Positions 1 to 8,281 of a stretch of DNA of 18,427 nt are shown in pieces; position 1 is the stretch's first letter, and each line of letters begins with the position of its first letter. Location of the stretch: NCBI GenBank assembly GCA_043228905.1, contig JBHGNT010000649.1, positions 1-18,427 of the forward strand, in the 5' to 3' direction. Made by a program: the position numbers and the translations under genes. The notes beneath the pieces are model-generated. The model was not told the origin of the DNA and made no database searches. It saw only the letters and a list, made by a program, of their open reading frames with translations. Source of the DNA: Azolla caroliniana. Its lineage: Eukaryota; Plantae; Polypodiophyta.

Positions 1-506
1 TAGACAGTATGTAACCTCATGATAGCCACCTACACATGTGATGCCATTGAGGTTGTAGAGTGCGTATGGGCCTCGTAAAACGAGGATAAGGTGGTGAGAA
101 AAGGTTTTTAGGGTGTTGGTTCTCTCCACGAAAACGTTATCGGTGGTTGTGGCCACGAGGGGGTTTAGAATCCATTGCGACCAACATACGGACGACGACA
201 CGCGTTTTCATTGTGATTACAAGATCCGTCGTCGTTGTGGACGCTGCAACCACCGGAGGAATATGAAGGTGGCACCATTCAAGGACAACATTTCTAGGTG
301 AAACATGCGTGGGTTGGTTGGTTCACACGATGATGAAAATGGTAGATAGACATGGGAATTTCATGTGGAATCATGTTTGTAGTAGGAGTTACGATCAGCC
401 ACTACTATTGCGCACATCATGGTACGGCGAGACACGGCATTGTATGAGGGTGGCTTCAATACAACATTGTGATGGCATCGACGTTTGACGAGTTTCGCGT
501 TGCTCG

Positions 507-543
507 TGAGAGAGATAGCGATAGATGGATAGAGATAGATATA
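507..543 (+). repeat. Degenerate (GA)n/(GATA)n simple repeat in the spacer of each unit
   Basis: gagagagatagcgatagatggatagagatagatata. Confidence 0.55.
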
Positions 544-649
544 GGTAGGGTGGGAGTGGGTAGTGTGCGTGTGGGCACGTTACCTAATCATGTGTGCGTG
601 GAGTTTCATTTTGCTTGTGCAATGAGCGAGCGAGGGCACGCGACCTGAT

Positions 650-666
650 CGTGCGTGCGTGCGTGC
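650..666 (+). repeat. Short (CGTG)4 microsatellite downstream of the stop codon, in each unit
   Basis: cgtgcgtgcgtgcgtgc. Confidence 0.6.
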
Positions 667-794
667 ATGTTGTGCGCGAGCGTGGGAGAAATATGATTGA
701 GAGGGTTATGAGAACGTCAAGACACCACACAGAGCACACCATTTACATTTACGATGTTCAGAAAGTGTATAGTTGAAAAAGTTATGTACGTTCT

Positions 795-1832
795 TTAAAA
801 GTGGCGAATACAAGCGCGTGGGCGAAGATCACATTGTTGGAGAAGGCGAGAGGTTGCCACGCTTAGAAGTTGTTCCTCCTCACCGGCCTTGAAACGACGA
901 CGTTGTTCCTCATCTTGTCGTCCGGTCATGCGATAACGGCGCTCGTCCTCCTCGCGCTCGCTACTGTCTCTCTCTCGCTCGGCATCCTCTTCCCATTGAC
1001 GACGTTCCCTTGACACTTGGTTATGGCGGTGACCATCATTGCGTGCCTCTTCTCCGCTAATGTATAAGGCCTCGCGGAGGCGGTTGCAACGCTCTTCTAC
1101 GGGGATTTGTTCCACGTTCCTGCAGCATCTTTCGGAGGGCCTTGCATATCGGCTGATTTCATCCCAAGAGGTGCGACGGCTTCGTCCACGTTCTTCCTTC
1201 TCATTACGTTCTTGTAGGTGGCGGACCTGCCTATCGACGAAGTTTTGGCACTCTTGCCTCAACTCTCGGTCTCGTGGCTCATCGCGATCGCGGCCGCGAC
1301 GATCCCGTTCCTCTTCGGACTCTCTCTTGTTGTCTCTGCGACGTCCTTCATCGAGGGATCCTTCACGACGTCGGTCGCGCCTCTCCTGCTCGACATCCTC
1401 CTCCCTGCGTCGATCGCGCCTCTCGTCACGTGACTCATCACGATCGCGACCGCGACGATCCCGTTCCTCTTCGGACTCTCTCTTGTTGTCTCCGTAGCGC
1501 CCCTCCTCGATGGACCCCTCGCGACGTCCCCCGCGCCTCTCCTCATCGAAATCCTCCTCCCTGCGTCGATCGCGCCTCTCCTCACGTGGCTCATCGCGAT
1601 CGTGACTGCGACGATCCCGGTCCTCATCCGACTCTCTCTTGTTGTCTCTGTAGCGCCCCTCATCGATGGATCCCTCACGACGTCCGCTGCGCCTCTCCTC
1701 GTCGACATCCTCCTCCCTACGTCGATCGCGCCTCTCCTCTTCGCGATCCCGTCCTACAGATCTAGCATTGGCCGCGCCGCAGGCGGCTAGCATGATAACC
1801 GCCATGAGGAATATGATAGTGAGCTTTGCCAT
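795..1832 (-). CDS. Arg/Glu/Asp-rich 2S albumin-like storage protein precursor (prolamin superfamily), copy 1
   Basis: 345-aa ATG..TAA ORF. It has a hydrophobic signal peptide (MAKLTIIFLMAVIMLAACGAANA) and three 52-aa repeats. The C-terminal motifs LRQECQNFVDRQ, ERCCRNVEQIPVEERCNRLREA and SRLLQQCDLRPRAC resemble the C2, CC..CxC and C7..C8 segments of 2S albumins. TATA/RY/ABRE motifs lie upstream. The family call is by motif recognition, not a database search. Confidence 0.85.
   Translation of the reverse strand: MAKLTIIFLMAVIMLAACGAANARSVGRDREEERRDRRREEDVDEERRSGRREGSIDEGRYRDNKRESDEDRDRRSHDRDEPREERRDRRREEDFDEERRGGRREGSIEEGRYGDNKRESEEERDRRGRDRDESRDERRDRRREEDVEQERRDRRREGSLDEGRRRDNKRESEEERDRRGRDRDEPRDRELRQECQNFVDRQVRHLQERNEKEERGRSRRTSWDEISRYARPSERCCRNVEQIPVEERCNRLREALYISGEEARNDGHRHNQVSRERRQWEEDAERERDSSEREEDERRYRMTGRQDEEQRRRFKAGEEEQLLSVATSRLLQQCDLRPRACIRHF
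1269..1736 (-). repeat. Intragenic coding tandem repeat, 3 x 156 bp (52 aa, residues 33-188); present in every full gene copy
   Basis: tctctcttgttgtctc recurs at 1321, 1477 and 1633 (period 156). The protein units start ERRDRRREED at residues 33, 85 and 137. Confidence 0.95.
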
Positions 1833-1898
1833 TGCTTGTGTTCGGAACTACCCCGGTTCTCTCTCCGCCTATTTGAGTGTGTCATGGTTGATCCACCC

Positions 1899-1905
1899 TT
1901 ATATA
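1899..1905 (-). promoter_or_regulatory. TATA box (TATATAA on the minus strand) of copy 1; same site in each unit
   Basis: The + strand reads ttatata at 1899-1905, about 67 bp upstream of the ATG at 1832 and just downstream of the RY/ABRE motifs. Confidence 0.8.
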
Positions 1906-1913
1906 CACAAGGC

Positions 1914-1936
1914 CATGCATGTCTAGTACATGCATG
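1914..1936. promoter_or_regulatory. Pair of RY/Sph elements (CATGCATG x2), B3-domain (ABI3/VP1, FUS3, LEC2 class) binding sites
   Basis: catgcatg at 1914-1921 and 1929-1936, separated by 7 nt, directly upstream of the TATA box. RY is the established seed-storage-protein promoter motif. Confidence 0.8.
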
Positions 1937-1943
1937 TCCCTTC

Positions 1944-1950
1944 CCACGTC
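1944..1950 (-). promoter_or_regulatory. ABRE/G-box-like element (GACGTGG on the minus strand)
   Basis: The + strand reads ccacgtc at 1944-1950, 7 nt from the distal RY. RY plus ACGT box is the typical maturation module. Confidence 0.65.
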
Positions 1951-2025
1951 CATTCCTATAGACGTTAATGGCATGATCCATACTTGGGCCACGGAAGAGA
2001 CCATTCACTTTTATCCACCCCCCTT

Positions 2026-2033
2026 TACGTGTC
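2026..2033 (+). promoter_or_regulatory. ABRE (TACGTGTC)
   Basis: Exact match to the YACGTGKC ABRE consensus, about 195 bp upstream of the ATG. Confidence 0.65.
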
Positions 2034-2921
2034 CAGGATCCTCCTGCTTCGACCTACCATATCACTAGCCCTATACTCACCTCCATCACACCAGGAGTGG
2101 GATTATGCACTTGGGCATTTCAAATCTACTAACCTATGGACGCTTCGTCCATATTGCAACGTAGACAGTATGTAACCTCATGATAGCCACCTACACATGT
2201 GATGCCATTGAGGTTGTAGAGTGCGTATGGGCCTCGTAAAACGAGGATAAGGTGGTGAGAAAAGGTTTTTAGGGTGTTGGTTCTCTCCACGAAAACGTTA
2301 TCGGGTTTAGAATCCATTGCGACCAACATACGGACGACGACACGCGTTTCATTGTGATTACAAGATCCGTCGTCGTTGTGGACGCTGCAACCACCGGAGG
2401 AATATGAAGGTGGCACCATTCAAGGACAACATTTTAGGTGAAACATGCGTGGTTGGTTGGTTCACACGATAGATAGACATGGGAATTTCATGTGGAATCA
2501 TGTTTGTAGTAGGAGTTACGATCAGCCACTACTATTGCGCACATCATGGTACGGCGAGACACGGCATTGTATGAGGGTGGCTTCAATACAACATTGTGAT
2601 GGCATCGACGTTTGACGAGTTTCGCGTTGCTCGTGAGAGAGATAGCGATAGATGGATAGAGATAGATATAGGTAGGGTGGGAGTGGGTAGTGTGCGTGTG
2701 GGCACGTTACCTAATCATGTGTGCGTGGAGTTTCATTTTGCTTGTGCAATGAGCGAGCGAGGGCACGCGACCTGATCGTGCGTGCGTGCGTGCATGTTGT
2801 GCGCGAGCGTGGGAGAAATATGATTGAGAGGGTTATGAGAACGTCAAGACACCACACAGAGCACACCATTTACATTTACGATGTTCAGAAAGTGTATAGT
2901 TGAAAAAGTTATGTACGTTCT

Positions 2922-3959
2922 TTAAAAGTGGCGAATACAAGCGCGTGGGCGAAGATCACATTGTTGGAGAAGGCGAGAGGTTGCCACGCTTAGAAGTTGT
3001 TCCTCCTCACCGGCCTTGAAACGACGACGTTGTTCCTCATCTTGTCGTCCGGTCATGCGATAACGGCGCTCGTCCTCCTCGCGCTCGCTACTGTCTCTCT
3101 CTCGCTCGGCATCCTCTTCCCATTGACGACGTTCCCTTGACACTTGGTTATGGCGGTGACCATCATTGCGTGCCTCTTCTCCGCTAATGTATAAGGCCTC
3201 GCGGAGGCGGTTGCAACGCTCTTCTACGGGGATTTGTTCCACGTTCCTGCAGCATCTTTCGGAGGGCCTTGCATATCGGCTGATTTCATCCCAAGAGGTG
3301 CGACGGCTTCGTCCACGTTCTTCCTTCTCATTACGTTCTTGTAGGTGGCGGACCTGCCTATCGACGAAGTTTTGGCACTCTTGCCTCAACTCTCGGTCTC
3401 GTGGCTCATCGCGATCGCGGCCGCGACGATCCCGTTCCTCTTCGGACTCTCTCTTGTTGTCTCTGCGACGTCCTTCATCGAGGGATCCTTCACGACGTCG
3501 GTCGCGCCTCTCCTGCTCGACATCCTCCTCCCTGCGTCGATCGCGCCTCTCGTCACGTGACTCATCACGATCGCGACCGCGACGATCCCGTTCCTCTTCG
3601 GACTCTCTCTTGTTGTCTCCGTAGCGCCCCTCCTCGATGGACCCCTCGCGACGTCCCCCGCGCCTCTCCTCATCGAAATCCTCCTCCCTGCGTCGATCGC
3701 GCCTCTCCTCACGTGGCTCATCGCGATCGTGACTGCGACGATCCCGGTCCTCATCCGACTCTCTCTTGTTGTCTCTGTAGCGCCCCTCATCGATGGATCC
3801 CTCACGACGTCCGCTGCGCCTCTCCTCGTCGACATCCTCCTCCCTACGTCGATCGCGCCTCTCCTCTTCGCGATCCCGTCCTACAGATCTAGCATTGGCC
3901 GCGCCGCAGGCGGCTAGCATGATAACCGCCATGAGGAATATGATAGTGAGCTTCGCCAT
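2922..3959 (-). CDS. 2S albumin-like storage protein precursor, copy 2
   Basis: 345-aa translation identical to copy 1. Confidence 0.85.
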   Translation of the reverse strand: MAKLTIIFLMAVIMLAACGAANARSVGRDREEERRDRRREEDVDEERRSGRREGSIDEGRYRDNKRESDEDRDRRSHDRDEPREERRDRRREEDFDEERRGGRREGSIEEGRYGDNKRESEEERDRRGRDRDESRDERRDRRREEDVEQERRDRRREGSLDEGRRRDNKRESEEERDRRGRDRDEPRDRELRQECQNFVDRQVRHLQERNEKEERGRSRRTSWDEISRYARPSERCCRNVEQIPVEERCNRLREALYISGEEARNDGHRHNQVSRERRQWEEDAERERDSSEREEDERRYRMTGRQDEEQRRRFKAGEEEQLLSVATSRLLQQCDLRPRACIRHF

Positions 3960-5082
3960 TGCTTGTGTTCGGAACTACCCCGGTTCTCTCTCCGCCTATT
4001 TGAGTGTGTCATGGTTGATCCACCCTTATATACACAAGGCCATGCATGTCTAGTACATGCATGTCCCTTCCCACGTCCATTCCTATAGACGTTAATGGCA
4101 TGATCCATACTTGGGCCACGGAAGAGACCATTCACTTTTATCCACCCCCCTTTACGTGTCCAGGATCCTCCTGCTTCGACCTACCATATCACTAGCCCTA
4201 TACTCACCTCCATCACACCAGGAGTGGGATTATGCACTTGGGCATTTCAAATCTACTAACCTATGGACGCTTCGTCCATATTGCAACGTAGACAGTATGT
4301 AACCTCATGATAGCCACCTACACATGTGATGCCATTGAGGTTGTAGAGTGCGTATGGGCCTCGTAAAACGAGGATAAGGTGGTGAGAAAAGGTTTTTAGG
4401 GTGTTGGTTCTCTCCACGAAAACGTTATCGGTGGTTGTGGCCACGAGGGGGTTTAGAATCCATTGCGACCAACATACGGACGACGACACGCGTTTTCATT
4501 GTGATTACAAGATCCGTCGTCGTTGTGGACGCTGCAACCACCGGAGGAATATGAAGGTGGCACCATTCAAGGACAACATTTCTAGGTGAAACATGCGTGG
4601 GTTGGTTGGTTCACACGATGATGAAAATGGTAGATAGACATGGGAATTTCATGTGGAATCATGTTTGTAGTAGGAGTTACGATCAGCCACTACTATTGCG
4701 CACATCATGGTACGGCGAGACACGGCATTGTATGAGGGTGGCTTCAATACAACATTGTGATGGCATCGACGTTTGACGAGTTTCGCGTTGCTCGTGAGAG
4801 AGATAGCGATAGATGGATAGAGATAGATATAGGTAGGGTGGGAGTGGGTAGTGTGCGTGTGGGCACGTTACCTAATCATGTGTGCGTGGAGTTTCATTTT
4901 GCTTGTGCAATGAGCGAGCGAGGGCACGCGACCTGATCGTGCGTGCGTGCGTGCATGTTGTGCGCGAGCGTGGGAGAAATATGATTGAGAGGGTTATGAG
5001 AACGTCAAGACACCACACAGAGCACACCATTTACATTTACGATGTTCAGAAAGTGTATAGTTGAAAAAGTTATGTACGTTCT

Positions 5083-6120
5083 TTAAAAGTGGCGAATACA
5101 AGCGCGTGGGCGAAGATCACATTGTTGGAGAAGGCGAGAGGTTGCCACGCTTAGAAGTTGTTCCTCCTCACCGGCCTTGAAACGACGACGTTGTTCCTCA
5201 TCTTGTCGTCCGGTCATGCGATAACGGCGCTCGTCCTCCTCGCGCTCGCTACTGTCTCTCTCTCGCTCGGCATCCTCTTCCCATTGACGACGTTCCCTTG
5301 ACACTTGGTTATGGCGGTGACCATCATTGCGTGCCTCTTCTCCGCTAATGTATAAGGCCTCGCGGAGGCGGTTGCAACGCTCTTCTACGGGGATTTGTTC
5401 CACGTTCCTGCAGCATCTTTCGGAGGGCCTTGCATATCGGCTGATTTCATCCCAAGAGGTGCGACGGCTTCGTCCACGTTCTTCCTTCTCATTACGTTCT
5501 TGTAGGTGGCGGACCTGCCTATCGACGAAGTTTTGGCACTCTTGCCTCAACTCTCGGTCTCGTGGCTCATCGCGATCGCGGCCGCGACGATCCCGTTCCT
5601 CTTCGGACTCTCTCTTGTTGTCTCTGCGACGTCCTTCATCGAGGGATCCTTCACGACGTCGGTCGCGCCTCTCCTGCTCGACATCCTCCTCCCTGCGTCG
5701 ATCGCGCCTCTCGTCACGTGACTCATCACGATCGCGACCGCGACGATCCCGTTCCTCTTCGGACTCTCTCTTGTTGTCTCCGTAGCGCCCCTCCTCGATG
5801 GACCCCTCGCGACGTCCCCCGCGCCTCTCCTCATCGAAATCCTCCTCCCTGCGTCGATCGCGCCTCTCCTCACGTGGCTCATCGCGATCGTGACTGCGAC
5901 GATCCCGGTCCTCATCCGACTCTCTCTTGTTGTCTCTGTAGCGCCCCTCATCGATGGATCCCTCACGACGTCCGCTGCGCCTCTCCTCGTCGACATCCTC
6001 CTCCCTACGTCGATCGCGCCTCTCCTCTTCGCGATCCCGTCCTACAGATCTAGCATTGGCCGCGCCGCAGGCGGCTAGCATGATAACCGCCATGAGGAAT
6101 ATGATAGTGAGCTTCGCCAT
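5083..6120 (-). CDS. 2S albumin-like storage protein precursor, copy 3
   Basis: 345-aa translation identical to copy 1. Confidence 0.85.
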   Translation of the reverse strand: MAKLTIIFLMAVIMLAACGAANARSVGRDREEERRDRRREEDVDEERRSGRREGSIDEGRYRDNKRESDEDRDRRSHDRDEPREERRDRRREEDFDEERRGGRREGSIEEGRYGDNKRESEEERDRRGRDRDESRDERRDRRREEDVEQERRDRRREGSLDEGRRRDNKRESEEERDRRGRDRDEPRDRELRQECQNFVDRQVRHLQERNEKEERGRSRRTSWDEISRYARPSERCCRNVEQIPVEERCNRLREALYISGEEARNDGHRHNQVSRERRQWEEDAERERDSSEREEDERRYRMTGRQDEEQRRRFKAGEEEQLLSVATSRLLQQCDLRPRACIRHF

Positions 6121-7243
6121 TGCTTGTGTTCGGAACTACCCCGGTTCTCTCTCCGCCTATTTGAGTGTGTCATGGTTGATCCACCCTTATATACACAAGG
6201 CCATGCATGTCTAGTACATGCATGTCCCTTCCCACGTCCATTCCTATAGACGTTAATGGCATGATCCATACTTGGGCCACGGAAGAGACCATTCACTTTT
6301 ATCCACCCCCCTTTACGTGTCCAGGATCCTCCTGCTTCGACCTACCATATCACTAGCCCTATACTCACCTCCATCACACCAGGAGTGGGATTATGCACTT
6401 GGGCATTTCAAATCTACTAACCTATGGACGCTTCGTCCATATTGCAACGTAGACAGTATGTAACCTCATGATAGCCACCTACACATGTGATGCCATTGAG
6501 GTTGTAGAGTGCGTATGGGCCTCGTAAAACGAGGATAAGGTGGTGAGAAAAGGTTTTTAGGGTGTTGGTTCTCTCCACGAAAACGTTATCGGTGGTTGTG
6601 GCCACGAGGGGGTTTAGAATCCATTGCGACCAACATACGGACGACGACACGCGTTTTCATTGTGATTACAAGATCCGTCGTCGTTGTGGACGCTGCAACC
6701 ACCGGAGGAATATGAAGGTGGCACCATTCAAGGACAACATTTCTAGGTGAAACATGCGTGGGTTGGTTGGTTCACACGATGATGAAAATGGTAGATAGAC
6801 ATGGGAATTTCATGTGGAATCATGTTTGTAGTAGGAGTTACGATCAGCCACTACTATTGCGCACATCATGGTACGGCGAGACACGGCATTGTATGAGGGT
6901 GGCTTCAATACAACATTGTGATGGCATCGACGTTTGACGAGTTTCGCGTTGCTCGTGAGAGAGATAGCGATAGATGGATAGAGATAGATATAGGTAGGGT
7001 GGGAGTGGGTAGTGTGCGTGTGGGCACGTTACCTAATCATGTGTGCGTGGAGTTTCATTTTGCTTGTGCAATGAGCGAGCGAGGGCACGCGACCTGATCG
7101 TGCGTGCGTGCGTGCATGTTGTGCGCGAGCGTGGGAGAAATATGATTGAGAGGGTTATGAGAACGTCAAGACACCACACAGAGCACACCATTTACATTTA
7201 CGATGTTCAGAAAGTGTATAGTTGAAAAAGTTATGTACGTTCT

Positions 7244-8281
7244 TTAAAAGTGGCGAATACAAGCGCGTGGGCGAAGATCACATTGTTGGAGAAGGCGAGA
7301 GGTTGCCACGCTTAGAAGTTGTTCCTCCTCACCGGCCTTGAAACGACGACGTTGTTCCTCATCTTGTCGTCCGGTCATGCGATAACGGCGCTCGTCCTCC
7401 TCGCGCTCGCTACTGTCTCTCTCTCGCTCGGCATCCTCTTCCCATTGACGACGTTCCCTTGACACTTGGTTATGGCGGTGACCATCATTGCGTGCCTCTT
7501 CTCCGCTAATGTATAAGGCCTCGCGGAGGCGGTTGCAACGCTCTTCTACGGGGATTTGTTCCACGTTCCTGCAGCATCTTTCGGAGGGCCTTGCATATCG
7601 GCTGATTTCATCCCAAGAGGTGCGACGGCTTCGTCCACGTTCTTCCTTCTCATTACGTTCTTGTAGGTGGCGGACCTGCCTATCGACGAAGTTTTGGCAC
7701 TCTTGCCTCAACTCTCGGTCTCGTGGCTCATCGCGATCGCGGCCGCGACGATCCCGTTCCTCTTCGGACTCTCTCTTGTTGTCTCTGCGACGTCCTTCAT
7801 CGAGGGATCCTTCACGACGTCGGTCGCGCCTCTCCTGCTCGACATCCTCCTCCCTGCGTCGATCGCGCCTCTCGTCACGTGACTCATCACGATCGCGACC
7901 GCGACGATCCCGTTCCTCTTCGGACTCTCTCTTGTTGTCTCCGTAGCGCCCCTCCTCGATGGACCCCTCGCGACGTCCCCCGCGCCTCTCCTCATCGAAA
8001 TCCTCCTCCCTGCGTCGATCGCGCCTCTCCTCACGTGGCTCATCGCGATCGTGACTGCGACGATCCCGGTCCTCATCCGACTCTCTCTTGTTGTCTCTGT
8101 AGCGCCCCTCATCGATGGATCCCTCACGACGTCCGCTGCGCCTCTCCTCGTCGACATCCTCCTCCCTACGTCGATCGCGCCTCTCCTCTTCGCGATCCCG
8201 TCCTACAGATCTAGCATTGGCCGCGCCGCAGGCGGCTAGCATGATAACCGCCATGAGGAATATGATAGTGAGCTTCGCCAT
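7244..8281 (-). CDS. 2S albumin-like storage protein precursor, copy 4
   Basis: 345-aa translation identical to copy 1. Confidence 0.85.
   Translation of the reverse strand: MAKLTIIFLMAVIMLAACGAANARSVGRDREEERRDRRREEDVDEERRSGRREGSIDEGRYRDNKRESDEDRDRRSHDRDEPREERRDRRREEDFDEERRGGRREGSIEEGRYGDNKRESEEERDRRGRDRDESRDERRDRRREEDVEQERRDRRREGSLDEGRRRDNKRESEEERDRRGRDRDEPRDRELRQECQNFVDRQVRHLQERNEKEERGRSRRTSWDEISRYARPSERCCRNVEQIPVEERCNRLREALYISGEEARNDGHRHNQVSRERRQWEEDAERERDSSEREEDERRYRMTGRQDEEQRRRFKAGEEEQLLSVATSRLLQQCDLRPRACIRHF

Noticed and set aside
192-235. Inverted pair acgacgac / gtcgtcgt
   Set aside because: It is only 8 bp of trinucleotide-like sequence with a 28-nt gap, which is expected by chance.
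604-612. AATGAA-type polyadenylation near-upstream element (minus strand)
   Set aside because: It is plausible at about 185 bp past the stop, but plant poly(A) signals are too degenerate to call without transcript data.
113-776. Short spacer ORFs (62 and 60 aa here; also the 63, 73, 77 and 96-aa ORFs near the promoter)
   Set aside because: Many start at non-ATG codons, none resembles a known protein, and their recurrence only reflects the DNA repeat.
1425-1434. Palindromic G-box gtcacgtgac
   Set aside because: It lies inside the CDS and is explained by Ser-Arg-Asp codons.
1269-1736. CRISPR-like array, or an SR / U1-70K-like nuclear RD/RE-rich protein
   Set aside because: The repeats are contiguous, in-frame and have no unique spacers. 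The signal peptide, Cys scaffold and lack of an RRM argue for a secretory storage protein.
1039-1926. Overlapping + strand and alternative-frame ORFs (152, 71, 149, 163, 62 and 86 aa) in each unit
   Set aside because: They are shadows of the GC-rich, repetitive CDS. They are low-complexity antisense or off-frame translations with no recognisable domain or promoter.
2135-2170. Helitron 3' terminus at the hairpin
   Set aside because: There is no CTRR at the expected distance on either strand, and no Rep/helicase coding sequence in the unit.
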